The translations under genes were made by a program, and so were the position numbers. A stretch of DNA of 64,000 bases from an uncultured Veillonellaceae bacterium (GTDB taxonomy: Bacteria > Bacillota > Negativicutes > JARBTT01): positions 160,001-224,000 of the forward strand of contig CAWDTA010000005.1 of NCBI GenBank assembly GCA_963805085.1, written 5' to 3'. Positions within the stretch are counted from its first letter, which is position 1; each line of letters begins with the position of its first letter. Shown piece after piece: positions 9,816-21,498 of this stretch. Under the pieces are notes generated by a model. That model saw only the letters and a program-made list of their open reading frames with translations. It ran no database searches and was not told where the DNA came from.

Positions 9816-9898
9816 GCTTGACAGCAGGTCATTATAAAGGATACAATAATGGGCGTGTTTTTAAAGAATGTAAGTTGATTTTATAGTCGATTTGCTAG

Positions 9899-11548
<1,650 letters not shown>

Positions 11549-11610
11549 AAATAAACAAGAAACTGTTGGATTTTCCAACAGTTTTCTTATTAAAGGTGAG
11601 ATGTAACACG

Positions 11611-12543
11611 ATGCGTAAGAAAATAATTATGGTACTTTTAAGTATGATTGTTCTGGTTTCTGTCGTTATACTAACGTTTGCGAATAAATCAATAGATAGA
11701 AAAGTCTCCGCTGGTAATAAAATTGCTGTCGTCTATGTCGATGGTACGATCACTGGAAGTCATGGGGCCAGTGGTTTACTTTCGGAAAGTGGCGGGACGG
11801 ATAGTTTAATCAAGCAATTGCACGAAGCTAGTGATGATGCAAGTATTAAGGGAATTGTACTGCGGATTAATAGTCCAGGTGGTAGTTCAACGGCTACGCA
11901 AGAGGTTGGTGAAGAAATCAAAAAAATTCGTGCAAAAGGTAAGCCTGTGGTAACTTCAATGGGGGATATGGCAGCATCTGGTGGGTATTGGTTGGCGGCC
12001 TGTACAGATAAAATTTATGCGAATCCAACGACTTTGACGGGAAGTATTGGTGTGTATATGCCATATTCCAACTGGGAAGAGCTGTATAAAAAAATTGGAG
12101 TACGTCAAGAAAAAATAAAAAGTGGCGCGCATAAAGATATCTTATCAAATGACCGACCAATGACTGAGGAAGAACGCGTGATTTTACAGACGATGGTTGA
12201 TGAAATTTATCAAGGCTTTGTGGAAGTCGTTGCTGAAGGACGTCATCTTGATATTGAAACTGTGAAAAAAATTGCGGATGGTCGCGTTTATACAGGCAAG
12301 CAAGCCAAAGAGCTTGGCCTAGTCGATGAAATGGGAAATTTGTATGATGCCATTGATGGTACCGCACAGATGGTAGGAATCCACGGAAAACCAAAAATTA
12401 AAGAGTATGGCAAAAACAATCCATTTTCAATGTTGATGTCAACCAGTGATAAAGCTGAAATTTTAAAAACTTTGTTATTACAAGTGCCCACAGAAAATGA
12501 TGTCCAATCTGTAGTGCCGATGGCAATACCAGAAAAGTGGTAG
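11611..12543 (+). CDS. sppA: Signal peptide peptidase SppA (S49)
   Basis: LRINSPGG, MAASGGYW, TGSIGV, KSGAHKD; N-terminal TM; ATG 11611 after AAGGTGA. Confidence 0.93.
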   Translation: MRKKIIMVLLSMIVLVSVVILTFANKSIDRKVSAGNKIAVVYVDGTITGSHGASGLLSESGGTDSLIKQLHEASDDASIKGIVLRINSPGGSSTATQEVGEEIKKIRAKGKPVVTSMGDMAASGGYWLAACTDKIYANPTTLTGSIGVYMPYSNWEELYKKIGVRQEKIKSGAHKDILSNDRPMTEEERVILQTMVDEIYQGFVEVVAEGRHLDIETVKKIADGRVYTGKQAKELGLVDEMGNLYDAIDGTAQMVGIHGKPKIKEYGKNNPFSMLMSTSDKAEILKTLLLQVPTENDVQSVVPMAIPEKW

Positions 12544-13143
12544 GTGAAAATAATGAGTAGTATATTAGAGACTCTTTATGATATGTTAACTAGACCCAAA
12601 GAAGCATTTCAAGTAATTGTTAGCGAAGGAAGATTAGCAAAATCCTGTCAAATCGTATTATTTAGTACTGTGATTTCGAGTTTAGCTGCTTATGCAAATG
12701 TTTTTGAAGGTGGCTTTAAAGGTGCAATGTTACTGGCCGAAATTATTTGCAGTGTACTCTTATGGGGCGTTTCTGTTTCTGTCTGGCATTTATTGGCGGA
12801 ATTAATCGGTGGGCGAGGCTCGGTGAGAAGATTATTAACCGCAATTGGGTTCACTTATTTTTTACAATTGTTGATTGTGCCAATTTACTTAATTGCCAGT
12901 TTTCTGCCAGCCGTCGGCTTTTTATTGAGTATGATCGCAACTTTGGTGGTTGCGGTATGGTCAATCGTACTCGGAATTTTGGCAATTAGCGAAGTCTATC
13001 AATTGTCTGGAGGCAAGGCGACGCTTATTTATTTCTTACCGATTCTGATTTTTATTAGTATTTTTATTGTCATGATTTTTACAGCCAGTGCATTTTTTAT
13101 GTCAGCCGCGGGTGATATTCTCGCTAATCCACCACAATTTTAG
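12544..13143 (+). CDS. Yip1-family membrane protein
   Basis: About five TM helices, N-terminal LxxPxxxF motif, GGxG loop; abuts sppA. Confidence 0.7.
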   Translation: MKIMSSILETLYDMLTRPKEAFQVIVSEGRLAKSCQIVLFSTVISSLAAYANVFEGGFKGAMLLAEIICSVLLWGVSVSVWHLLAELIGGRGSVRRLLTAIGFTYFLQLLIVPIYLIASFLPAVGFLLSMIATLVVAVWSIVLGILAISEVYQLSGGKATLIYFLPILIFISIFIVMIFTASAFFMSAAGDILANPPQF

Positions 13144-13234
13144 TTGCTTTTACATGGAATTTTAGTAAAAACATGATTAAAAAGACAATTGTGGTATGTA
13201 TACAAAAAAATTTACAACAAATTCCTTATTATAA

Positions 13235-13261
13235 GCAGGATTTTAATTGTACTGGTCGAAA
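13235..13261 (+). promoter_or_regulatory. Sigma-H-like promoter of spo0F
   Basis: GCAGGATTT...GTCGAAA fits the RNAGGAWW / GAAT consensus. Confidence 0.6.
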
Positions 13262-13318
13262 TGTAAAGAATAGGTAATTAAGGCTATTTGATCAATAGGG
13301 AGAGGTGAATAGAAAAAG

Positions 13319-13708
13319 GTGAGTAAGACAAAAGTGTTGGTTGTAGACGATCAGCCAGGGATTAGACGACTACTGTTAGAAGTCTTTACGGATGAAGGCT
13401 ATGAGGTTAATGTAGCTACGAATGGCAATGAAGCTTTGGAAAAAGCAACGGAAGTACAACCAGCTGTAATTTTGATGGACATGAAGATGCCAGGGATGGA
13501 TGGTATTGATGCACTGAAAGAATTAAAAGAGCTTGGTTTAGCGGAGCGCGTGATTATGATGACTGCGTATGGTGAACTGGAGCTTGTAACAAAAGCAAAA
13601 GAGTTAGGTGCTTTTGCCTATGTTACCAAGCCTTTTGATATCATCAAACTTTGTGAGATGGTATCTAGTTATATTGCTGGAAATAAAGATAACTTAATGA
13701 TTGGCTAA
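13319..13708 (+). CDS. spo0F: Sporulation initiation phosphotransferase Spo0F (single receiver domain)
   Basis: VDDQPGIRRLL, LMDMKMPGMDG, IMMTAYGEL, KPFDI; downstream of pyrG; sigma-H-like promoter. Confidence 0.88.
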   Translation: MSKTKVLVVDDQPGIRRLLLEVFTDEGYEVNVATNGNEALEKATEVQPAVILMDMKMPGMDGIDALKELKELGLAERVIMMTAYGELELVTKAKELGAFAYVTKPFDIIKLCEMVSSYIAGNKDNLMIG

Positions 13709-13712
13709 GGCT

Positions 13713-13749
13713 GAAGCTGCTCGCAAAATAACTTGCGGCAGCTTCTTTT
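13713..13749 (+). terminator. Terminator after spo0F
   Basis: GAAGCTGC..GCAA / TTGC.GCAGCTTC followed by TTTT. Confidence 0.7.
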
Positions 13750-13835
13750 GTTTTCTAGAAGTATGCAGGAGTTTTATTATCATTGGCGAATTTCTCAATT
13801 TAATAGGAATTAGATTGAAGAAAGGAGTGAGGTAC

Positions 13836-14471
13836 GTGATACTTAATGCCAATTGGTCTGTCGCTTTGTATTGTCAACGTTGTGGAAAAATTGAGATTCA
13901 TGATGTGTCTTATTTTACGAGACAAGATAGCACAAAAACGTTGCGGTGTAGCTGTAACCATCCACAGGCAACCTTGATACGTACTGCTCCTAACCAAGTG
14001 AAATTGCAAATTCCTTGTGGGGCATGTAACTCTTTGCATGAAGCAAAATATAAAGCAAAACATCTTTTGAAGCTAAAAATAGAAAAAATTTATTGTTCCA
14101 AAGATTTTTTTGAACTTGGATATATTGGTAAAAGGGAAGCAATTGAGGAAATCTTAGCTTTTACGAAACGAGAATTTGAAAGTATCATGCAGAGTGAAGA
14201 ACAAATCGAGAAACAGCAAATTTTTTTAGAAATTATCAACAAGCTGCATGATATTGCCGAGCAGGGAGGGATTGTTTGTCCATGTGATAGCAAAGCCATT
14301 GAAGCAAATATAACAGGTGATTCCGATGCAGTTCTTTTAGAGTGTTTGCATTGTGGCAGTTATTGTACGATAGAGGCTAAAGATGAAGATGATTTGGAAA
14401 AGGTGCGGGAATTAGATTACATTGAACTAACACAAGGAAGAATTTTAGTAAAAAATATTGATTTAGATTAA
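13836..14471 (+). CDS. Cysteine-rich hypothetical protein, probable multi-Zn-finger
   Basis: CQRC, CSC, CGAC, CPC, CLHC. GTG 13836 after AAAGGAG; own sigma-H-like promoter GCAGGAG..GGCGAAT (13765-13791). Confidence 0.8.
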   Translation: MILNANWSVALYCQRCGKIEIHDVSYFTRQDSTKTLRCSCNHPQATLIRTAPNQVKLQIPCGACNSLHEAKYKAKHLLKLKIEKIYCSKDFFELGYIGKREAIEEILAFTKREFESIMQSEEQIEKQQIFLEIINKLHDIAEQGGIVCPCDSKAIEANITGDSDAVLLECLHCGSYCTIEAKDEDDLEKVRELDYIELTQGRILVKNIDLD

Positions 14472-14613
14472 GTTGAATTCTAAGCATAGATCATACAAAG
14501 ATTATTTTGTATTTTCTATGCTTTTTTTGTCGTCATTTTGGAAAATGTATATTTTTCCTTCGGATCGTTAACTATATTCCTGAATAAAGTTATTTTCTAG
14601 TGAGGCGAGACAA

Positions 14614-15495
14614 ATGAGTTTAAGTAAGATAAAACAATTGCGGATGTTCGGAATTGTCATCGGCATTGGTATGATTATGGGATTGGTTTGGTGGGCTGTA
14701 GTAGAATATAGCGATATTAGTCCTGTACGCGAACCTGCTTTAGAGGTGAGTCAATATAAAGAGATTGCAAAAGCTCCTGTAGTAAAAATGCGGATCCATA
14801 TCGTAAAGGAGGAAGAAACATTAGCAGATATTGCTGCTCAGTATGAGGTAGATATCGATACTCTGCGTGGAGCAAATGAAAATCTAACGGATTTGATTCA
14901 TCCGGGGGATAAATTGCTGATTTTACCCCAAAAAGGAGTGTTATACACCGTAACGGAAGGGGATACGTTGTGGCGAATTGCCAAATTGTTTGATGTAGAA
15001 GTTAAAAATATTTTAGCTGAGAATGAAAAAACGGAAAGTTTTTTAAAGGTTGGTGAAAAGTTATTTATTCCTGGTGGTAAGCCAAGAAATATTGAACCAG
15101 CAAATCTACCGGTATCAAGGCAAATTTCCACGCAGTTTGCCTTGCCGAGTGTAGGTGAAGTAAGTTCGCCGTTTGGGGTAAGATGGGGACATATGCATGA
15201 AGGAATCGATATTGCCAATGACTCTGGAACACCCGTAAAAGCTGCCTTGGCGGGTAAGGTTACCTATGCTGGTTGGCTTGGTGGTTATGGCTATGCGATT
15301 ATGCTAGAGCATCGGGAGGATTATTCGACGCTTTACGGGCATTTGCAGAGCATTGGTGTGGAAAAAGGTAATTTTGTAAATCGTGGACAAAAGATCGGTG
15401 AAATGGGTAGTACCGGTAATTCAACAGGCCCACACGTTCATTTTGAAGTTCGTCATGATGGCGTGCTTATCAATCCGGCAAAAGTGTTGCCATAG
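14614..15495 (+). CDS. Membrane-anchored LysM-LysM M23 peptidoglycan endopeptidase
   Basis: N-terminal TM, two LysM repeats, HEGID and STGPHVHFE Zn motifs. Confidence 0.92.
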   Translation: MSLSKIKQLRMFGIVIGIGMIMGLVWWAVVEYSDISPVREPALEVSQYKEIAKAPVVKMRIHIVKEEETLADIAAQYEVDIDTLRGANENLTDLIHPGDKLLILPQKGVLYTVTEGDTLWRIAKLFDVEVKNILAENEKTESFLKVGEKLFIPGGKPRNIEPANLPVSRQISTQFALPSVGEVSSPFGVRWGHMHEGIDIANDSGTPVKAALAGKVTYAGWLGGYGYAIMLEHREDYSTLYGHLQSIGVEKGNFVNRGQKIGEMGSTGNSTGPHVHFEVRHDGVLINPAKVLP

Positions 15496-15562
15496 AGTCG
15501 TATAGTTCCCCTCAGATTGGAAATACTAAAATAAGTTGATTTTCAATCTGGGGGGGGTTTTT

Positions 15563-15784
15563 ATGAAAATATATTATCATTGTGAAATGTGCGGAATAGA
15601 TATTGCGGTCCTCGATGTGGAGCATGTAGATGAAGTGAAATTAGGTTTTAACTGCTTGACGAGTGACGAACGGAAGGATATAATTGAAGTGGACGATTTA
15701 AGGAATACGATGCATGTAAAATCATTGTGTGATGATTGTGCCGAACGTCTGGGTTTAAACCGAGAAGAATCTAGGATTCATTAA
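15563..15784 (+). CDS. fin: Anti-sigma-F factor Fin (YabK/DUF2757)
   Basis: YxCEMC...LGFxxLTxDERKDII...VKSLCDDC; directly upstream of mfd; sigma-F-like promoter GTATA..GGAAATACTA (15500-15528). Confidence 0.82.
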   Translation: MKIYYHCEMCGIDIAVLDVEHVDEVKLGFNCLTSDERKDIIEVDDLRNTMHVKSLCDDCAERLGLNREESRIH

Positions 15785-15868
15785 GGAATATAAGTGTATT
15801 GATTCTCATATAAATAATAGGGCTTTAGCTTTAGCTAAAGCCCCTTTTCGCATGGGTGAGGTGTAAAG

Positions 15869-18800
15869 ATGAAAAAATTTTTCGAAGTGTTGATGACAGA
15901 TCCAACAATTACGAAGGTGATGGACTGTTTTGGATTAGAAAATGATCAAAGTTTGATTTATGGTTTATCTGGATCGCAAAAAGCTACAGTCATAGCAGCA
16001 AGTTATCAAAAGCATCCACGGACCACCGTTATTATTACGAGTAATATGGATGCAATGGAACTACTCAAATCTGATTTAACGATGTTATTACCTGAGGTAA
16101 CAGTATTAGAACTTCCCGCGTTGGATATGGTAACATTTTCAGCCGTCGCAAAGAGTATTGAACTTGCAGCTAGACGGATGGATGTCTTAGGGCGATTGAT
16201 TCGTAAAGAAAAGATTATAATACTTGCGACAACGGCAGCGGCGATCCAAAAAGGAATATCCAGAAGAGAATTCGAACGTTCTAGCTTGAGTCTTGCTATG
16301 GGCATGGTAATAGAGCGAGATGAAATCTTAGAAAAATTAGTACAACTTGGTTACGAACGCGTGGAACAGGTAGATAGTCTGGGGAAATTTAGTGCGCGTG
16401 GCGGTATTATTGATGTTTTTCCAATTAATCGGCAAGTACCAATTCGTATCGAGTTTTTTGATAATGAAGTTGATTCTTTGCGTGAGTTTGATATCACATC
16501 GCAACGGTCCATAAAAAATATTGTGAGTGTTGATATTTTACCACTTGGTCAAATGGATAGTGATGGCAAACCAGCGATGTTTTTATCTTATCTAGAACAA
16601 ACGGCAACGGTTATTTTTGATGAACCAACAAGAATTCGTGAGCAGATTACTACACTCTCCAAAGAAAATCCTGAGCTAAAAAAGCGGATGTTTAATTGGC
16701 CGGATATGATCGCATTGGCAAAGGTCAAAAACGTAGTCTATTTATCACTTCTATTACAAAAGCCTCCGTATGCAGAGCCAAGTGAAATTATTAGTGTTGC
16801 GGCAAAAGCAATTGCACCTTTTCATAAACAAATGGATATCCTGGCGAGTGAAATAAATGGCTGGCTGGAACATAAGGTTCGTACGGTCATATTTATGACA
16901 AGTGAACAAAAGGTGTCGGCGATGCAGGAATTGTTAAAAGAGCATCATATTGGCTCTACGTTTGAGCCAACGATCAAGGAGTTCGTTGATGGTCTTGTTC
17001 TCATTACAATCGGTACATTGGCGAATGGTTTTGAGCTGCCACAAGCACAGCTAGTAGCGATTACAGAGAAAGATATATTTGGTAGGCAAAAAAAGAAAGC
17101 CTTACCGCGCGTGGCCAAGTCAGAGAAGATTGCTTATTTTAGGGATATCAATATCGGTGATTATGTGGTGCATGTGAACCATGGTATTGGTAAATATATT
17201 GGTGTAGAAACATTAAATGTAGGTGGTATCCATCGTGATTATTTGCATATTCGTTACGGTGGTGATGATAAATTATTTGTACCTACTGACCAAGTGCATT
17301 TATTGCAAAAATATATTGGCTCAGAAGGGGACATTCCTCGGCTGCATAAAATGGGTGGCAGCGAGTGGAGTAAAGCGAAAGCGAAGGCAAAGGCCTCAGT
17401 CGCTGATATTGCCAAAGAACTAATTAAGCTTTACGCGGAACGGCAAGTAGAGATCGGCTATGCATTTGAACCAGATACCCCGTGGCAAAAAGAATTTGAG
17501 GATGCGTTTGCTTTTGAAGAAACGCCTGACCAATTATCGGCGATTGCCGAGATTAAGACAGATATGGAACGACCGCGCCCGATGGATCGTTTACTATGTG
17601 GCGATGTTGGATTTGGAAAGACAGAAGTGGCGATACGAGCTGCTTTTAAAGCGGTGATGAGTGGCAAACAAGTTGCAGTACTCGTACCGACAACCGTGCT
17701 TGCACAACAACATTATCAAACGTTTAAAAATCGCTTTGCCGGCTTTGGCCCAACGGTTGATGTGATCTGCCGTTTTAGGACAGCCAAGCAGCAAAAACAA
17801 ACCTTAGAAAAGGTGAAAACGGGACAGGTTGATGTTCTAATTGGTACGCATAGCATACTAAATGCCAATACTGTACAGTTTAAAGATTTGGGTCTATTAG
17901 TCGTTGACGAAGAACAACGATTTGGTGTAACGCAAAAAGAAAAAATTAAAAAAATAAGTTGTGATATTGATGTGCTGACGTTAAGTGCGACGCCGATTCC
18001 AAGAACGCTTCATATGTCACTTGTCGGTGCACGGGATATGAGCATTATTGAAACGCCGCCCGAGGAGCGTTTTCCTGTGCAAACCTATGTGGTAGAAAAC
18101 AATGATGAAATTATTCGCGATGCAATCAAAAGAGAGCTAAAACGTGGCGGACAGGTTTATTTTGTTTATAATCGTGTGGAAACGATTGATAAAATGAGTG
18201 CACATTTAGCACAGATGATGCCAGACGCAAAAATACAAACTGGGCATGGGCAAATGCCAGAAGAGTTGTTAGAACAGGTGATGTTAGATTTCTATGAAGG
18301 AAAAGATGATATCTTAGTGGCGACCAGCATTATTGAAAATGGTTTAGATGTTGCCAATGCCAATACGATCATCGTCTATGATGCGGATCGTTTTGGGTTA
18401 TCACAGCTTTATCAAATGCGTGGACGTGTTGGGCGTTCTAATCATATGGCTTTTGCATATTTTACTTATCAGGCAGATAAAGTATTAACAGAAGTCGCGG
18501 AAAAACGTTTGCAGGCGATTAAAGAATTTGCTGAACTAGGCGCAGGCTTTAAAATTGCAATGCGCGACTTAGAGATTCGTGGCGCGGGGAATTTGCTCGG
18601 TGCACAGCAACATGGTCACATTGCGAGTGTTGGTTTCGAAATGTATTGCCGTTTGCTTGAAGAGGCTGTACAGAGCCTAAAGAGCGGTGAAAAAAATTTG
18701 TTGCCGATAGAACCATTGTTAGAACTTACCGTAGAAGCATATTTACCGGGTGACTATATTGAAGATGCCATGCATAAAATAGAAATATATCAACGGATTG

Positions 18801-19165
18801 CTGCGGTTCGTAATAAAGAGCATCTACAGGAACTTTTAGATGAACTGATCGATCGTTTTGGTGGACCACCACAAGCCGTAATGAATTTATTAGGTGTTGC
18901 CCGTATCAAAAATTTAGCGCGTAATTTAGGGATACAATCCATTATTCAGCGTTCAGCAAAAGTGGAAATCATTTTTAGTGATCGACCAAATGTTGAAGTT
19001 GAAGGAATCATAAAGTTAAAAGATTTATTAGGCGGATTTGTCAAAGTAATAGCTGGACCACCAGAAATTATTCATTTAAAATTGACTCCGAACTATGCGA
19101 AGAAAGTGTTGGGCTTTATAACAAAATCTTTGATGATTTTAGCTTTACAAGATGTGAAAAAGTAG
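15869..19165 (+). CDS. mfd: Transcription-repair coupling factor
   Basis: GDYVVHVNHGIG (RID), DRLLCGDVGFGKTEVA, DEEQRFG, TATPIPRT-like motif, QMRGRVGR, DLEIRGAGNLLG. Confidence 0.98.
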   Translation: MKKFFEVLMTDPTITKVMDCFGLENDQSLIYGLSGSQKATVIAASYQKHPRTTVIITSNMDAMELLKSDLTMLLPEVTVLELPALDMVTFSAVAKSIELAARRMDVLGRLIRKEKIIILATTAAAIQKGISRREFERSSLSLAMGMVIERDEILEKLVQLGYERVEQVDSLGKFSARGGIIDVFPINRQVPIRIEFFDNEVDSLREFDITSQRSIKNIVSVDILPLGQMDSDGKPAMFLSYLEQTATVIFDEPTRIREQITTLSKENPELKKRMFNWPDMIALAKVKNVVYLSLLLQKPPYAEPSEIISVAAKAIAPFHKQMDILASEINGWLEHKVRTVIFMTSEQKVSAMQELLKEHHIGSTFEPTIKEFVDGLVLITIGTLANGFELPQAQLVAITEKDIFGRQKKKALPRVAKSEKIAYFRDINIGDYVVHVNHGIGKYIGVETLNVGGIHRDYLHIRYGGDDKLFVPTDQVHLLQKYIGSEGDIPRLHKMGGSEWSKAKAKAKASVADIAKELIKLYAERQVEIGYAFEPDTPWQKEFEDAFAFEETPDQLSAIAEIKTDMERPRPMDRLLCGDVGFGKTEVAIRAAFKAVMSGKQVAVLVPTTVLAQQHYQTFKNRFAGFGPTVDVICRFRTAKQQKQTLEKVKTGQVDVLIGTHSILNANTVQFKDLGLLVVDEEQRFGVTQKEKIKKISCDIDVLTLSATPIPRTLHMSLVGARDMSIIETPPEERFPVQTYVVENNDEIIRDAIKRELKRGGQVYFVYNRVETIDKMSAHLAQMMPDAKIQTGHGQMPEELLEQVMLDFYEGKDDILVATSIIENGLDVANANTIIVYDADRFGLSQLYQMRGRVGRSNHMAFAYFTYQADKVLTEVAEKRLQAIKEFAELGAGFKIAMRDLEIRGAGNLLGAQQHGHIASVGFEMYCRLLEEAVQSLKSGEKNLLPIEPLLELTVEAYLPGDYIEDAMHKIEIYQRIAAVRNKEHLQELLDELIDRFGGPPQAVMNLLGVARIKNLARNLGIQSIIQRSAKVEIIFSDRPNVEVEGIIKLKDLLGGFVKVIAGPPEIIHLKLTPNYAKKVLGFITKSLMILALQDVKK

Positions 19166-19260
19166 TTTTATCCCCTGTAGTTGATGAATAAATTTCAATA
19201 AGTAGATATATACTATTATTGGAATCAGATGTCAGAAACTGTAGAAAAGGGGGGATACAA

Positions 19261-19833
19261 TTGAAAGCAACAGGGATAGTTAGAAGAATTGATGATTTAG
19301 GTAGGGTTGTTATTCCAAAGGAAATTCGTCGGACGCTGAGGATTAGAGAGGGCGACCCATTAGAAATTTATGTTGACCGTGATGGAGAGGTCATATTGAA
19401 AAAATATTCGCCAGTCAGTGAGCTGGGAGATTTTGCAAAAGAGTACTGTGATTCTTTGTATGAAACGATTGGCAATATCGTATTAATTGCTGACCGTGAT
19501 ACTATGGTAGCTGTTGCCGGTGCCGCCAAAAAAGAATTTTTAAATAAGCCATTGGGTGCAATCGTAGAAAAAATCATGGAAGAACGTAAAGCGGTACTTA
19601 TTAATAATCCAAGTGAAATCAAAAATGGTCATGCTTGTCCGATTGAAATTGAAGAAGATGAAGAGGAATCTTATAAGTTTACTGCGGAGGTTATTGCACC
19701 AATTATCGTGGAAGGGGATGCCATTGGCGCTGTCATTCTTTGTGCTAGGCAGCCAAACGTCCAGATGGGTGATACCGAGATAAAACTTGCGGAAACAGCG
19801 GCAAGTTTTCTAGCCAAACAGATGTCGCAGTAG
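19261..19833 (+). CDS. spoVT: Stage V sporulation protein T (AbrB-type N-domain plus GAF)
   Basis: MKATGIVRRIDDLGRVVIPKEIRRTLRIREGDPLEI; TTG start; sigma-G/F-like promoter GAATA-15-ATATATACTA (19186-19215). Confidence 0.96.
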   Translation: MKATGIVRRIDDLGRVVIPKEIRRTLRIREGDPLEIYVDRDGEVILKKYSPVSELGDFAKEYCDSLYETIGNIVLIADRDTMVAVAGAAKKEFLNKPLGAIVEKIMEERKAVLINNPSEIKNGHACPIEIEEDEEESYKFTAEVIAPIIVEGDAIGAVILCARQPNVQMGDTEIKLAETAASFLAKQMSQ

Positions 19834-19915
19834 ATTTGTCTTTTGAAAAGAAAGCGAAGGGGTTGTTGCAAATAATTTGTAACAACCTCTTTGTTATCGT
19901 AGGAAGGAGGAGCGT

Positions 19916-21496
19916 ATGCCTGAAAATAAATTTTTAAAGGGCGCATTGATTTTAACAATTGCTGGTGTTATCGTAAAAGTCATCGGCTCGGTAAATCGCA
20001 TTATTTTATCGCGATTACTTGGTGGCGAAGGGATTGGACTTTATCAAATGGCTTATCCAATCTACCAATTGGCACTCAGTGTCTCATCAGCGGGAATTCC
20101 CGTAGCGATTTCGATTTTGGTAGCAGAAAAATTGGCATTGTTAGATCATCGAGGCGCGCGGCGAATTTTTCAGATATCATTAAATGTGATGATCGTGACA
20201 GGGCTTTTTTTTAGTTTATTGCTGTATTTTGGTGCGGGCTGGCTCATTGAGAATCATATTGTGCGTGATGCTAGATCTTATTATGCGATTGTCGCCTTGG
20301 CACCAGCCATTTTTTTTGTGACAATTTTATCAAGCTATCGTGGCTTTTTTCAAGGCATGCAAAGTATGGCACCAACGGCGTCATCACAAATCGTTGAACA
20401 ATTGTTTCGAGTGATTACCATGATTGTCCTCGCTGTGGTATTATTACCTTATGGTCTCTCTTATGCGGCAGCAGGAGCGAGCTTTGGTGCTGCCCCTGGA
20501 GCTGCTATTGGCGTCATGGTGTTATTTTATTACTACTGGAAATATCAAAGAGCGAATCAACACAAGATCACCTTTCAAGAGAAAACAAGTAAACAGGAAA
20601 GCAGTTTTTCGATTATTAAACGCATTATTAAACTAGCGTTACCAGTATCGATTGCCAATCTTATGTTGCCGCTGACCGCCAATATTGATTTATTGATCGT
20701 ACCAGTACGTTTAGAAGTTGCCGGTTACACGGTAGAGATGGCGACGGAGTTATTTGGCTATTTGACTGGTATGGCCGTGGCTTTGGTCAATTTGCCGACG
20801 ATTCTTACAGCGTCGCTTGCCGCAAGTTTAGTGCCAGCGATTTCAGAGGCATATACGCTGAAAAATCAACAAGCAATTTGTCAGCGGACAAAAACTGCAT
20901 TTCGCATTGCCAATTTATTGGTTATTCCCAGCTTTATGGGATTGCTTTTACTCGCGGTTCCGATTTCTCAGCTTTTATATGCCACGCCGAATGCTGGTAC
21001 TTGTATTGCGATCTTATCTTTTGGTATAATCTTACTTGGTATTGGGCAAGTTACAACGGGAATTTTACAAGGACTTGGGCATACGACGATACCATTGATC
21101 AATATGATCATTGCCGCTTTGGCAAAGGTAGTGTTAAGCTATTGGTTAACGGCAATTCCTACCTTGGGGATCAAAGGTGCGGCTTGGGCGACTAACGCAG
21201 ACTTTGGCATAGCAGCAATGTTAAATTTGATTTTTGTTTATCGGTATGTTGGGGTTGGGATCAACTTGAAGGATACGATAAAAGTTATTGTGTCGACGGT
21301 ACTTATGGGGATTGTTGTGCTACTTAGTTATGATTTTGTTATGCTACATAGTTTTGAGAATACGTTGGCTACGTTGGTAGCTATAGCCACGGGAAGTATT
21401 ACTTACGTGTTATTATTAATCATGACAAAAAGTATTACAAAACGTGATATTGAAAACATACCGAAAGTTGGTAAAAAAATAAGTAGTCTATTATAG
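19916..21496 (+). CDS. yabM: YabM/SpoVB-family polysaccharide biosynthesis flippase (MOP superfamily)
   Basis: FLKGALIL, LGGEGIGLYQMAYP, RGFFQG..M.PTA.SQ.VEQ; spoVT-yabM-yabN synteny. Confidence 0.85.
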   Translation: MPENKFLKGALILTIAGVIVKVIGSVNRIILSRLLGGEGIGLYQMAYPIYQLALSVSSAGIPVAISILVAEKLALLDHRGARRIFQISLNVMIVTGLFFSLLLYFGAGWLIENHIVRDARSYYAIVALAPAIFFVTILSSYRGFFQGMQSMAPTASSQIVEQLFRVITMIVLAVVLLPYGLSYAAAGASFGAAPGAAIGVMVLFYYYWKYQRANQHKITFQEKTSKQESSFSIIKRIIKLALPVSIANLMLPLTANIDLLIVPVRLEVAGYTVEMATELFGYLTGMAVALVNLPTILTASLAASLVPAISEAYTLKNQQAICQRTKTAFRIANLLVIPSFMGLLLLAVPISQLLYATPNAGTCIAILSFGIILLGIGQVTTGILQGLGHTTIPLINMIIAALAKVVLSYWLTAIPTLGIKGAAWATNADFGIAAMLNLIFVYRYVGVGINLKDTIKVIVSTVLMGIVVLLSYDFVMLHSFENTLATLVAIATGSITYVLLLIMTKSITKRDIENIPKVGKKISSLL

Positions 21497-21498
21497 GA

